From contig DAOVVQ010000001.1 in the NCBI GenBank assembly GCA_030637065.1, positions 1 through 37,005 on the forward strand: 37,005 bases of DNA, given 5' to 3'. Below, in pieces: positions 1-8,471 of this stretch (position 1 is the first letter of the stretch; the number at the start of each line of letters is the position of its first letter). The notes under the pieces were generated by a model. The model saw only the letters and a program-made list of their open reading frames with translations. It did no database searches and was not told the origin of the DNA. The position numbers and the translations under genes are program-made. The DNA comes from Planctomycetota bacterium (GTDB taxonomy: Bacteria > Planctomycetota > Phycisphaerae > Sedimentisphaerales > Anaerohalosphaeraceae).

Positions 1-2809
1 GGCTTGGAATGGAAAGAGTGATGTCTTTCTTGTCGGTAAAGGCCGATTCCTCGCTGGAGTATATGGTCTCATTGAGGTTGTTAGAGCGGTCTCTCGCCTT
101 GACCCTGTAGGTGAACTCGGTGTCCACTTTAAGACCTGAATCCTCGTAATAGGAACTTTCCTGCCATCCGCTGTCATGTCCGTTCGGGTCGATACAGTCG
201 AAATAGTATTCTGTCCCACTAAGATCGGAAGCGACCATAGCGGCCATCGCGACAGAGTCCGTCCCCGTTCCCTTGGGAACCTGTGCCCACCCCATCGGGT
301 TCGGGTCGGGCGCGGTCAGGTCTGTCGTCGTCTTGGCGGAGGCCGAACCGGAATACTCCGTCTCGTTATGCATCAGGCTCTTGTCGCGGACCTTTACCCT
401 GTAGGTGTAGGTGGTGCCGGCATCAAGGCCGGTATCCTCGAATACCGGGCTGTCCTGCCATCCGCTGTCGTGAATGGCTATCGTTTCGTTGTTGAAGTAG
501 TATTCCACGCCGCTGTCATCCGAAGCGGTCGTTGCAGTCATGATAATGCAGTGCGCTTCCAAAGAGGCGGGCTCAACCGCCCACGTTGACGGGCTGGGCT
601 CGGGAACAACGGTTTCAATGCCCATGAAGAAGTTTCCCGAGACCAGGGCAAAGTCGCCGTAGTCAACGCTGTTGTCGCCAACGTCAAATGGCGCGATGTC
701 GGCGCCGTTACAGTCTGTCGGGGCCAGGCAGTCATCGCGGGTCCAATTGTTGATCACAAACCAGAGGTCGTCGAGATCGACGTCATCGTCCTTGTCTATG
801 TCACCTCTAAGTCCGGTAGGACTGCCGGGGACGATCTTCTTGACGATCTTCGTTATCACCACGTCGTCGATCCATACGTTTTCATCCCCCCACCACCAGG
901 AGTGCTTCAGCCGGGTCTCAAACTTTATTTTGAAGTTACTGACAAAGTACTGGCTGTCCGTTATGGTCTGGGTGTAGTGCAGCCACTGATCGTCATAGCT
1001 GAGCCTGTCCATCTTGGCCATGAGTTTGTACTTATTGCCGTCATGGAAAAAGAAGTTAAAATCGTTCGGTTCCGTATCGTCCTTCCGGAACCAGAAGTCC
1101 AACTGGATCGCCATCGCATCACTGGTGTCCATATCAGGCGTGGCCAGACTACCGTTTCTGTCGGTCTTGCCCGAGGCCAGCCCACCATGTTTTTCACTGA
1201 CATCGAGGTACCAGCCCGGAGTCTCGTCAACCCACTTGTCCGAAATATTCGGGTCGTTTTCAAAGTCGCTGGCAAAAAGCGTAACCTCGGTTATATCGTC
1301 AATTACAAAACCCTCGTCTGATGTATCTTCCGCCGAACCGGTGCCGTCATGAACAACGATCTTGACTCTGCATTTGTCCTGAGATACATCCGGCACCGTC
1401 CACATATACAATCTGGTATGGTCAATCCCTGAGGCGATTTCGTATGGGTATGTCTGCCCGTCATCCGCCGAATAGTACAGGTCAACGGAGGCAACATTGG
1501 GGTCGCCATGCGCTATCCATTTGATCTCCTGGGCCTGTCCCGGCGCCAGATACTGACCGCCATTGGGTGTAAGCAACTCAACGAACGGCATGGACGGGAC
1601 ATAGATGTTACTCCCGATCGAGTGAATGGCTCCGCCAAGGTTGATGATGGACTTACAGGGCAGTTGAACGATCTTGCAATTGGGTTTGGCCGCCTTATAG
1701 GCGTTCTTTGCATCCTCGTCATGGCCCTTGTGTTCGTCGTCGTCATCATCCTCATCGTATTTCGGAATGAAAATCTTGTTGTTGACAACTTTGGAATTTG
1801 CATAAGTATAATGTATGCCGCCGGCGGTTTTCGCTGGAGTCCGCCAGACATTAAAGCCTCTGGACTGTAAATCCGCAACCGCAGCTTCCGTTTCGGCATA
1901 ACCGTCGGAGCCCGGGAGAAATTCCGACACAATGACATCGTCGTCGGATACCGGCATCATCCACATGTCAATATGGCCCGTACGCTCAAGGCCGGGGGGA
2001 AGACGATCGTAAATGGTAACATCGCTATTGAGATAATCAAGAAAAGCGGTGGCAATGTCGTTGTCGGTTACATTCGGATTGCCCTCAATATCGTCGCGGA
2101 TCAGTGAACTTATGAACCCTTGTCCGTTCGAATCGCAAAGGAAATTTCCGCCGCCGTGTTTCAGGCCAAGATTATAAACCAGGTGGTCCCAGAGATCACC
2201 GAGAAAACCCGGGAATTTATTATCTCTCGGAAGCGGGCGGTTGTAGATATGGTCCAGAATGCGAAGGATTCCATCCTCCCAGAAAAAACGCGGCCCGTAA
2301 TCACCGATCCAGACACTATAGGAGCGATAAGGAACGAACCTGACACGGTCCATGTCGGCACCGGCATCTTCAAGAGTCGACCTGGCGCTTAGCTGTTGCT
2401 TGCCGCCGTCTTTGTCTCTGACCAGTACGAATACGATCACGTCCATGTCCGACTCTGTCAACTCGACAATGAATTCCGTAAGCAGAGGCTTGTGCGTTCC
2501 CCATCGCACCAGTATGCCGTAAACCGGATCGTATTCCGCAGAGCACTTGACGTTTCCGGTCGGCTTTCCGTTGCCTTGCTCCCCAGCCATCTCAGCGCCA
2601 CCGGCCGGCGGGTCTGACAGCTGCATCAACTCCAACTGATGGTCCGTGGCGTACTTCGGCCATGGAGCAGGCTCGTCATCTATGAGCGTGTCCAGAAACC
2701 CCGGCGGAATGTTCGATGCTCCGGCATTTATCGGAAGCAAAAATATTACCAGGCTGCACAAAGTCAAGAATGCGCCTAACAGTTTCACTGCTGTCAGTGA
2801 GCTTTTCAT
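1..2809 (-). CDS. Secreted multidomain protein, C-terminally truncated by the window edge: signal peptide + agmatine/peptidyl-arginine deiminase-like (AguA/PAD_porph-like) domain + Ig-like domain + dockerin-like module + at least two FN3-like repeats
   Basis: Absent from the ORF track because this frame has no stop inside the window. My reverse-strand translation from the ATG at 2809 (AGGAGG 7 nt upstream) stays open to position 1 (~936 codons): MKSSLTAVKLLGAFLTLCSLVIFLLPINAGA... Deiminase-family landmarks: SAEYDP..GILVRW, WIGDYGP, HGGGNF, TGHIDMWMM, HYTYANS, LGGAIHSIGSN. Later come GDIDKDDDVDLDDLW..C..C..ADI..VDYGDFA (dockerin-like) and two EYYF..HDSGWQ.S..EDxGL...TYTYRVK(V/A)RD units (FN3-like). 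All track ORFs in 1-2800 are in other frames. Confidence 0.8.
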   Translation of the reverse strand, partial: MKSSLTAVKLLGAFLTLCSLVIFLLPINAGASNIPPGFLDTLIDDEPAPWPKYATDHQLELMQLSDPPAGGAEMAGEQGNGKPTGNVKCSAEYDPVYGILVRWGTHKPLLTEFIVELTESDMDVIVFVLVRDKDGGKQQLSARSTLEDAGADMDRVRFVPYRSYSVWIGDYGPRFFWEDGILRILDHIYNRPLPRDNKFPGFLGDLWDHLVYNLGLKHGGGNFLCDSNGQGFISSLIRDDIEGNPNVTDNDIATAFLDYLNSDVTIYDRLPPGLERTGHIDMWMMPVSDDDVIVSEFLPGSDGYAETEAAVADLQSRGFNVWRTPAKTAGGIHYTYANSKVVNNKIFIPKYDEDDDDDEHKGHDEDAKNAYKAAKPNCKIVQLPCKSIINLGGAIHSIGSNIYVPSMPFVELLTPNGGQYLAPGQAQEIKWIAHGDPNVASVDLYYSADDGQTYPYEIASGIDHTRLYMWTVPDVSQDKCRVKIVVHDGTGSAEDTSDEGFVIDDITEVTLFASDFENDPNISDKWVDETPGWYLDVSEKHGGLASGKTDRNGSLATPDMDTSDAMAIQLDFWFRKDDTEPNDFNFFFHDGNKYKLMAKMDRLSYDDQWLHYTQTITDSQYFVSNFKIKFETRLKHSWWWGDENVWIDDVVITKIVKKIVPGSPTGLRGDIDKDDDVDLDDLWFVINNWTRDDCLAPTDCNGADIAPFDVGDNSVDYGDFALVSGNFFMGIETVVPEPSPSTWAVEPASLEAHCIIMTATTASDDSGVEYYFNNETIAIHDSGWQDSPVFEDTGLDAGTTYTYRVKVRDKSLMHNETEYSGSASAKTTTDLTAPDPNPMGWAQVPKGTGTDSVAMAAMVASDLSGTEYYFDCIDPNGHDSGWQESSYYEDSGLKVDTEFTYRVKARDRSNNLNETIYSSEESAFTDKKDITLSIPS

Positions 2810-3561
2810 TACCCGTCCTCCTCTTTTACTTGTCATCTTTAGACAGTAAAAATTTCAAGTTGACGCCGTCTGAGTATCGGAATTTATTGCCACACAACCG
2901 TGCGCATGCCAATCGGCATGTCCAATCGCACAACCACGACGTCATAAATCCGTACCTGCAGTAATGAGGGAAGTTTGAAATGCACCAAAACCTCACTCAC
3001 CGCTCCTCCAAGCGCAAAGTCCGCAAGCTACCTTCATTCATTTATACACGGCCAAAGCGGAAAAATCAAGAAAAATCTTCATTTTTTTTGTTTTTTTTAC
3101 TGCAATAGCGACGTAGCCGGTCAGGAAATGCCCTATTATCGGAAGGTTTTGTGTGTAGTCAAACCGGACTGTCAATGTCGGTATACGTGCTTGGCAAGGG
3201 CGACTATTGTTAACAGGGTTGCCAATAGACCTGTGTGGTTATAAATATAGATGTAGTTGCAAACACAAACAACACAAGACAGGTCTGGTATGCCCTCAAG
3301 GCAACAGCCCTGCCAGGCTCACCGAAACATTGGTGTGTCCCTTTGTTATTAGCAGAAAGGCCGGTTTTACGCCTCACTTTGCCGGTTTTTTCTTGCAACC
3401 GGGGGCCTCTTCGTGTATGATAAGTAGGTGTAACTTGGAGGGTATTTTCCAGCAGGCGTTGAGCCGGGGGCAGGCGTATGCCCTCAGCCGAGTATTTGCC
3501 TGACGGGAGCGGCACGGACGCTGACAACTGGCAAACGTAATCTGTGCCGCGGGAAAAGGTG

Positions 3562-6500
3562 ATGAAAAAGGCGATTTTAATAATCGTTTCGGTATTGTCG
3601 GCTTGCGTCGGAAACGCTCATGCAGGTAACCGGTACGTGCCAATCCAATACCCCAACATTCAAAGTGCGATCAATGCCTGCAATAATGGCGATGTCGTTT
3701 TAGTTCAGGGCGGAGCCCCACGCAGCCCCTACTCCGGTCCGGGTAACTGGGATCTTGATTTTCAGGGTAAGGCAATTAAGGTGCGCAGTTTCAACGGACC
3801 CGAAAACTGCACTATCGTCGGCAGTTCCGGCCACCGTGCTTTCCACTTCCAAAACGGCGAAGGGCCTGATTCGGTTGTCGAAGGTTTTACAATTACAGGC
3901 GGCTACATGCAAAATGATAATGGAGGGGCAATACTTTGCGAGGCAGGGACTTCGCCTACCATTAAGGACTGCATTATCATTAATAACGAGGTGACCGGGC
4001 AACTTGTCGGCGGATACGGCGGTGCGATCGCGTGCATGGATACAGCGTCTCCGACGATCATCGGTTGTACCATAGAAAGCAACAGGGCGGCCTATGGCGG
4101 CGGCATAGGGGCATATTGCAGTTCCGGTCAAGGGGGCTCTTTAACAATTACGGACTGCCCGAGCATCGCCGACAATCAGGCCGGTCGCGGGGGAGGTGTC
4201 TATTGCAGTTCCGACACCACCGCCGTAAATGTATTGACGATCACCAATTCAGTCATCTCCGGCAACTCGGCTCGTAGCGATAATTCCAATAGTCTTGACG
4301 ATTATGCCTATGGCGGAGGAGTGTACGCATCGAACTGCCAGGTAGGGATCGTAGATTCCACCGTCAGTTATAACCGGATATTTAGTGCCGACAGGGAAAG
4401 TTATGGCGTGGGCATATATTGCTATGATTCGTCGTTGAACCTTGAAAACAGCGTTCTTAAGGACAATATGGCTGAGTTTATCCCCTCAAGCTGGGACTGC
4501 TTCGGCGGCGGACTGCACTTCGAATTTGCACAGGGCCCTGCCCTTGCAATTGACAATTGCACTATTATCGGCAACTACGCCACCAAAGGAGGGGGGGTGT
4601 ATTGTCAGTCCAACGGGTCGGTGTTAGAGCCCGAGATCGTTAATTCACTGATCGCCAGCAACATGGTCGACGGTCTGGGAGGCGGGATCTATTTTCGCAA
4701 TCTTGTCGACGGCCTGATCGCAAACAGTAAGATAGTCGGCAACAATTCCGTATCGTATGGCGGCGGCATTGAGTTGGACATCCAATGTTCACCGACGATC
4801 GTCAACTGCCTGCTGGCCGGAAACAGCGTACTCTACGGCACAGGTGGCGGCGCAATTGATTGCTACGGGTCGTCGCCCATGATCGTCAATTGTACCATCG
4901 TCAGCAATTCAGCCAATATCGTAGGTGGTTTGGGTGGTGGTGTGCACTGCGAGTCGCCGACACCGGCGCCGCCGCCGCCGCTGCTTCCAATCCCGGCCAA
5001 TCCGACAATTATTAACTGCCTGTTCGCCGATAACGACAACCATGCAATATACGAGTCTAATGCAGGCGCCGACCCGAATGTCTCCTATTGCCACTTCTAC
5101 AACAACGAACCGAACGATTATGGAGACTATTATGACTTCGATCAGGATGAAACGTTTACCGGGGCGGCAAACTTAGACGGCATCGCCGACGGTTTTGTCA
5201 CCAACAGTTCCGACGGAGACCCGTCATTTGCCATGTACGACCCGGACAGGATCGTTACAGGAGCATGGCACATCGATCCTGTCTATGATCCGGTGACAAA
5301 TCGGACCGCCCTTACGGATTTTGCCGGCTCCTTTACTCCAGGGGCCCTGGTTAACAGGCTTGTCAACCCGAATACATGGCAAAAACGGCAGGTCCTGATC
5401 GCCGCAAATACCGCCACAACGATCGAGGTCGTCGGCAACGTTGCCTTGTCGCTTGGCGGGTATGTCGAAAGTTCTGACCCGTACATAATATCCGATTATC
5501 GTCTGCAAATCGTGTCTGTTTGCAGCGATGCCGGCGACAGCACTACTGTTTCCGCCGATACCGCCGACCTTGACGATGACAGCGACACCACCGAAAAGGT
5601 GCCTTACGATCTTGACGGCCTGCCGCGAATCATCGAGGACCCGTGGCATGTCAATACCGGCAACGGGCCCGGAGCGATCGTAGATATCGGGGCCTATGAA
5701 ATCCAGGTCCCCTCCCGCATCGTAGTCGACAAAGCGGCAACCGGGGCAAATAACGGTCGAACATGGGACGATGCCCTCAATTACCTTCAGGATGCGATCG
5801 AGATCGCCGACGCTTCCAACGGTGGTATCAATCAGATACAGGTCGCACAGGGCACCTACAAACCCGATGAGGGCGTTAACCAAACCGCCGGCAACCGCAG
5901 TGCTTCGTTTCAGTTGATCGATGGCGTCAAGATCAGGGGAGGCCATGTCGGCATCGTCTCCGCTGACCCGAATACCAGGGATATCAGGCAATATCCGACC
6001 ATCCTCAGCGGCGACCTCAACGATAACGACGACACCGTCGGCAATAGTGACAACAGCTACAATGTCGTTACGGGCAGCGGTAACAGCCCCAGTGCCCTGC
6101 TCGAAGGTTTTGTTATCACGGCTGGTAATGCCAACAATAACACTGGCGGCGGCGGAATGTATAACAGTTCCTCCAGCCCGACGGTGATCAGTTGCAAATT
6201 TGTCAACAACTCGACAAACGGAGGTGGCGGAGGAATTGCCAACCAGAACGGCAGTAACCCGACGATCGAAAGCTGCTGGTTTGGCAATAACCAGGCACTG
6301 GTCGGGGGCGCAATTACAAACTTTGACACTTCCAGTCCGTCCTTCGTGAACTGCACCTTTACCGACAATACAGCCATTTCCAGTGGCGCAGTCGTCTTCA
6401 ATCAGCCCCTCGGCAGTCCGCTGCTGACCAATTGCATCCTGTGGGGAAATACCGACGGCGGAAGCATCCCGGAGCTAACCCAGATATACGGCGGCATGAC

Positions 6501-6945
6501 TGTCGTCAGTTACAGTTGTGTACAGGATGACGACCCGAATGGCGCAAATGTCTACCACGGAATCGGGAACATAGACGGCGACCCGTTGTTTGCAGATGCT
6601 GACGGCACCAATGACGACGATGTGCATTTACTCGCTGCCTCACCGTGCATTGATAGTGGGGACAATTCGGCGATCTCAGCCGGATTTGGCGATTGCGACG
6701 GGTATATCCGCATCGCAAGCGCGGCAGTCGATATGGGTGCGTTTGAATGGCGGCCGCCAGCCGACTACAACAGAAACGGCGTGGTAGATTCTGACGACCT
6801 GGCCTTTTTTGCTTCTTACTGGCTGTATACCGGGTGCAATGACTCGGGCGGCAATGAAAGCGACTGGTGTTTCGGGACAGACCTGACTACGAGTGGCGAG
6901 GTCGACTACATTGACTTTGCCGACATCTCGGCAATGTGGCAATAA
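3562..6945 (+). CDS. Large secreted right-handed parallel beta-helix repeat protein (two beta-helix modules, Pmp-like GGAI/GGGVY repeats) with C-terminal dockerin-like module
   Basis: Track ORF 3544..6945. I prefer the ATG at 3562, which gives the signal peptide MKKAILIIVSVLSACVGNAHA. Many GGAI(L/A)C, GGGIGAYC, GGGVYC(S/Q)S, GGGIYF and GGGVHC turns alternate with xxN(S/N) rungs. A Pro-rich insert PTPAPPPPLLPIPANP separates the first module from a second one (VAQGTYKPDE..., GGGGMYNSSSSPTVISCKFVNN..). The C-terminus is DYNRNGVVDSDDLAFFASYW..C..C..GEVDYIDFADISAMWQ. Confidence 0.85.
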   Translation: MKKAILIIVSVLSACVGNAHAGNRYVPIQYPNIQSAINACNNGDVVLVQGGAPRSPYSGPGNWDLDFQGKAIKVRSFNGPENCTIVGSSGHRAFHFQNGEGPDSVVEGFTITGGYMQNDNGGAILCEAGTSPTIKDCIIINNEVTGQLVGGYGGAIACMDTASPTIIGCTIESNRAAYGGGIGAYCSSGQGGSLTITDCPSIADNQAGRGGGVYCSSDTTAVNVLTITNSVISGNSARSDNSNSLDDYAYGGGVYASNCQVGIVDSTVSYNRIFSADRESYGVGIYCYDSSLNLENSVLKDNMAEFIPSSWDCFGGGLHFEFAQGPALAIDNCTIIGNYATKGGGVYCQSNGSVLEPEIVNSLIASNMVDGLGGGIYFRNLVDGLIANSKIVGNNSVSYGGGIELDIQCSPTIVNCLLAGNSVLYGTGGGAIDCYGSSPMIVNCTIVSNSANIVGGLGGGVHCESPTPAPPPPLLPIPANPTIINCLFADNDNHAIYESNAGADPNVSYCHFYNNEPNDYGDYYDFDQDETFTGAANLDGIADGFVTNSSDGDPSFAMYDPDRIVTGAWHIDPVYDPVTNRTALTDFAGSFTPGALVNRLVNPNTWQKRQVLIAANTATTIEVVGNVALSLGGYVESSDPYIISDYRLQIVSVCSDAGDSTTVSADTADLDDDSDTTEKVPYDLDGLPRIIEDPWHVNTGNGPGAIVDIGAYEIQVPSRIVVDKAATGANNGRTWDDALNYLQDAIEIADASNGGINQIQVAQGTYKPDEGVNQTAGNRSASFQLIDGVKIRGGHVGIVSADPNTRDIRQYPTILSGDLNDNDDTVGNSDNSYNVVTGSGNSPSALLEGFVITAGNANNNTGGGGMYNSSSSPTVISCKFVNNSTNGGGGGIANQNGSNPTIESCWFGNNQALVGGAITNFDTSSPSFVNCTFTDNTAISSGAVVFNQPLGSPLLTNCILWGNTDGGSIPELTQIYGGMTVVSYSCVQDDDPNGANVYHGIGNIDGDPLFADADGTNDDDVHLLAASPCIDSGDNSAISAGFGDCDGYIRIASAAVDMGAFEWRPPADYNRNGVVDSDDLAFFASYWLYTGCNDSGGNESDWCFGTDLTTSGEVDYIDFADISAMWQ

Positions 6946-7009
6946 TGTGACATTCCCCAGTCCACAATGTGGCATTCCTCAGTCCATAATGTGATATTCC
7001 CTAGTCCAC
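6944..7009 (+). repeat. Three tandem 22-nt direct repeats starting inside the stop codon of the beta-helix gene
   Basis: AATGTGACATTCCCCAGTCCAC / AATGTGGCATTCCTCAGTCCAT / AATGTGATATTCCCTAGTCCAC. A partial unit AATGTGGCAAT (6933-6943) precedes them and encodes the C-terminal ..MWQ*. Confidence 0.9.
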
Positions 7010-7462
7010 CGCAACCTCGCTGTGATTAACCAAAGGCCATCAGAAGTCATCGCGAAACTCAACTCCCAGCGAATTATTATCGGACGTGCTATCCATTTAT
7101 CCGCTGATGGATATATATGCAGGACGACCGTCAATGCCGCCCCCGAAAAACCCTGCTGTAAGCGATTCTCCTAAGTGCTTGTTCTCCAGACACTTAAGAG
7201 GGTAATCCTTGTCGTCGATAGTCGGTTCGGATTAGTTACCCTGCCAGTTGGCAGGCTCTTTGTAGGCTCCGGCACTGAGGCAGCTAACGTCGGGGCTATC
7301 AAGTGCCGATGAAGCGATTATCGAACGGTTCAGGTGTGTCGGGACTGAGCAAATGCAGAAAACCGAAAATAAGGACGTTTGGGAGCTATAACTATGGGTA
7401 CTAAATGTACAACCAGACAATTTCGGCCAAGCGACAGACGGCACCAAACACATTGAGCACGA

Positions 7463-8284
7463 TTGTGGGAGGCATTAGGCGATAACGTGGCAAAAAAAAC
7501 AAAAAGTCGTGTAAATGTTCCGCAGCCGATAGATGAGGGCTTTATAATTGCCCTTTCAGAACGGATGCGGCCCTATCTCAACGCAGCAACCGGTCTAAGC
7601 CAAATAATCGCCGATGAGTTGCCCGGCAGCGAACAAAAGCAAGACCTCCTTGATATTGCCCGGGCAGGCGGCGAGATCGCCTCGCTTCTAAACGATGCTA
7701 TTGAGCTATGCCGGATCCAGTCGGGCGAAGTCACCGCCCAGGTCCGCCAGTGCAGTTTGGAGGAGTTGTTCTCGGAAATCTGCGCGATCATGCAGGCCAG
7801 GGCTGGCGGCAAGGGATTGGAATTCGCATTTGTACAATCCACAGCAATACCGACTGCGATTCAATGTGACCGTAGCCTCCTGCTGAAATGCCTCTTGAAT
7901 CTCGCCAACAGCGCAATTGCCCGGACCGAGGATGGATACGTCCATATTAAGGTCAGTGTCCTGGACGGCGATAACGGATCGAGTATATCTTTTGACTTTG
8001 TCGACTCCAGCCCGACGACATCCCTTAAAAAGGCTGGGGAGATGTTCAAGCCATTTTCCGCCGACCAGCCTGCTGATATGCTGTTTGCGTCCGGAGGGAT
8101 GGAGTTGGCGATCTGCAGCGCCCTGGTCGAAATTATGGCAGGCACGCTGTCGGTGGCCAAAAACCCCGGTCGCGGCCTTGTGATATCGCTGGTCATACCG
8201 ACCGGAGTTGATATGGTAGCTGTGGAATTGTTAGCCCAGACAGAGCCGGAAAAGGCTTTGTGCGGCGAGTTAAAGACAAAATAA
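7463..8284 (+). CDS. Stand-alone histidine-kinase-like protein (DHp + HATPase_c-like) lacking the phosphoacceptor His and with degenerate G1/G2 boxes (pseudo-kinase)
   Basis: The 273-aa ORF aligns by eye to the hybrid-HK core. SERMRPYLNAATGLSQII sits where SHE(I/L)RTPLNxIxGxxE is expected (His replaced by Glu). The N-box LLNLANSAIART is retained. DSSPTT replaces the G1 box DxGxG. The F-box FKPF is retained. SGGMELAI replaces the G2 box GGxGLGL. There is no TM or sensor domain. The start is uncertain: TTG 7463 or GTG 7487, with no in-frame ATG before the H-box. Confidence 0.7.
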   Translation: MWEALGDNVAKKTKSRVNVPQPIDEGFIIALSERMRPYLNAATGLSQIIADELPGSEQKQDLLDIARAGGEIASLLNDAIELCRIQSGEVTAQVRQCSLEELFSEICAIMQARAGGKGLEFAFVQSTAIPTAIQCDRSLLLKCLLNLANSAIARTEDGYVHIKVSVLDGDNGSSISFDFVDSSPTTSLKKAGEMFKPFSADQPADMLFASGGMELAICSALVEIMAGTLSVAKNPGRGLVISLVIPTGVDMVAVELLAQTEPEKALCGELKTK

Positions 8285-8357
8285 GTCCCGGACTTGTCCG
8301 CTCTTGAACGCCGCCGGGCCCGGTACTGCCGGATAAGGGCGACCAGCCTTTTTCCCG

Positions 8358-8386
8358 TTGGCAATTTTGACGAATGTTGTTATAAT
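8358..8386 (+). promoter_or_regulatory. Sigma70-like promoter upstream of the secretion ATPase gene
   Basis: TTGGCA (8358-8363), a 17-nt spacer, then TATAAT (8381-8386), about 85 nt upstream of the ATG at 8472. Confidence 0.45.
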
Positions 8387-8471
8387 AAAGCAGGGGTTGT
8401 ACCACGCAATAATTGCGGAGACAGCGACGTATATATTTATGTATTAATGGCCCATAGGGGTGGTTTGATAA

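Noticed and set aside
3544-3561. Upstream alternative starts reported by the ORF track: 3544 GTG, 10705 GTG, 12083, 13522, 18744, 23834, 26124, 26289, 27270, 30437, 30862, 32103, 32758, 33815.
   Set aside because: In each case an internal ATG preceded by an SD-like purine stretch yields a canonical N-terminus (signal peptide, Tat motif, lipobox, prepilin leader or a family-typical start). The upstream extensions also overlap neighbouring genes or terminators.
5224-5991. 255-aa minus-strand ORF inside the beta-helix gene. Similar cases: 3700..4131(-) and 6057..6401(-).
   Set aside because: These are antisense shadow ORFs within a strongly supported repeat-protein CDS. They have low-complexity Gly/Asp/Arg-rich translations and no SD or recognisable motifs.
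6944-7009. Tandem repeats considered as a mini-CRISPR array. The same was considered for 36708..36820.
   Set aside because: The units are contiguous with no unique spacers. They are too short (22 nt and ~19 nt) and too few, and no cas genes are present.
7232-7453. 73-aa minus-strand ORF in the spacer upstream of the HK-like gene, with nearby small hairpins (7240-7255 CCTGCC-AGTT-GGCAGG; 7093-7117 TATCCAT..ATGGATA).
   Set aside because: The ORF has a Ser/Cys-rich implausible composition and no SD. The hairpins are short and lack T-runs, so I do not call terminators or an sRNA.
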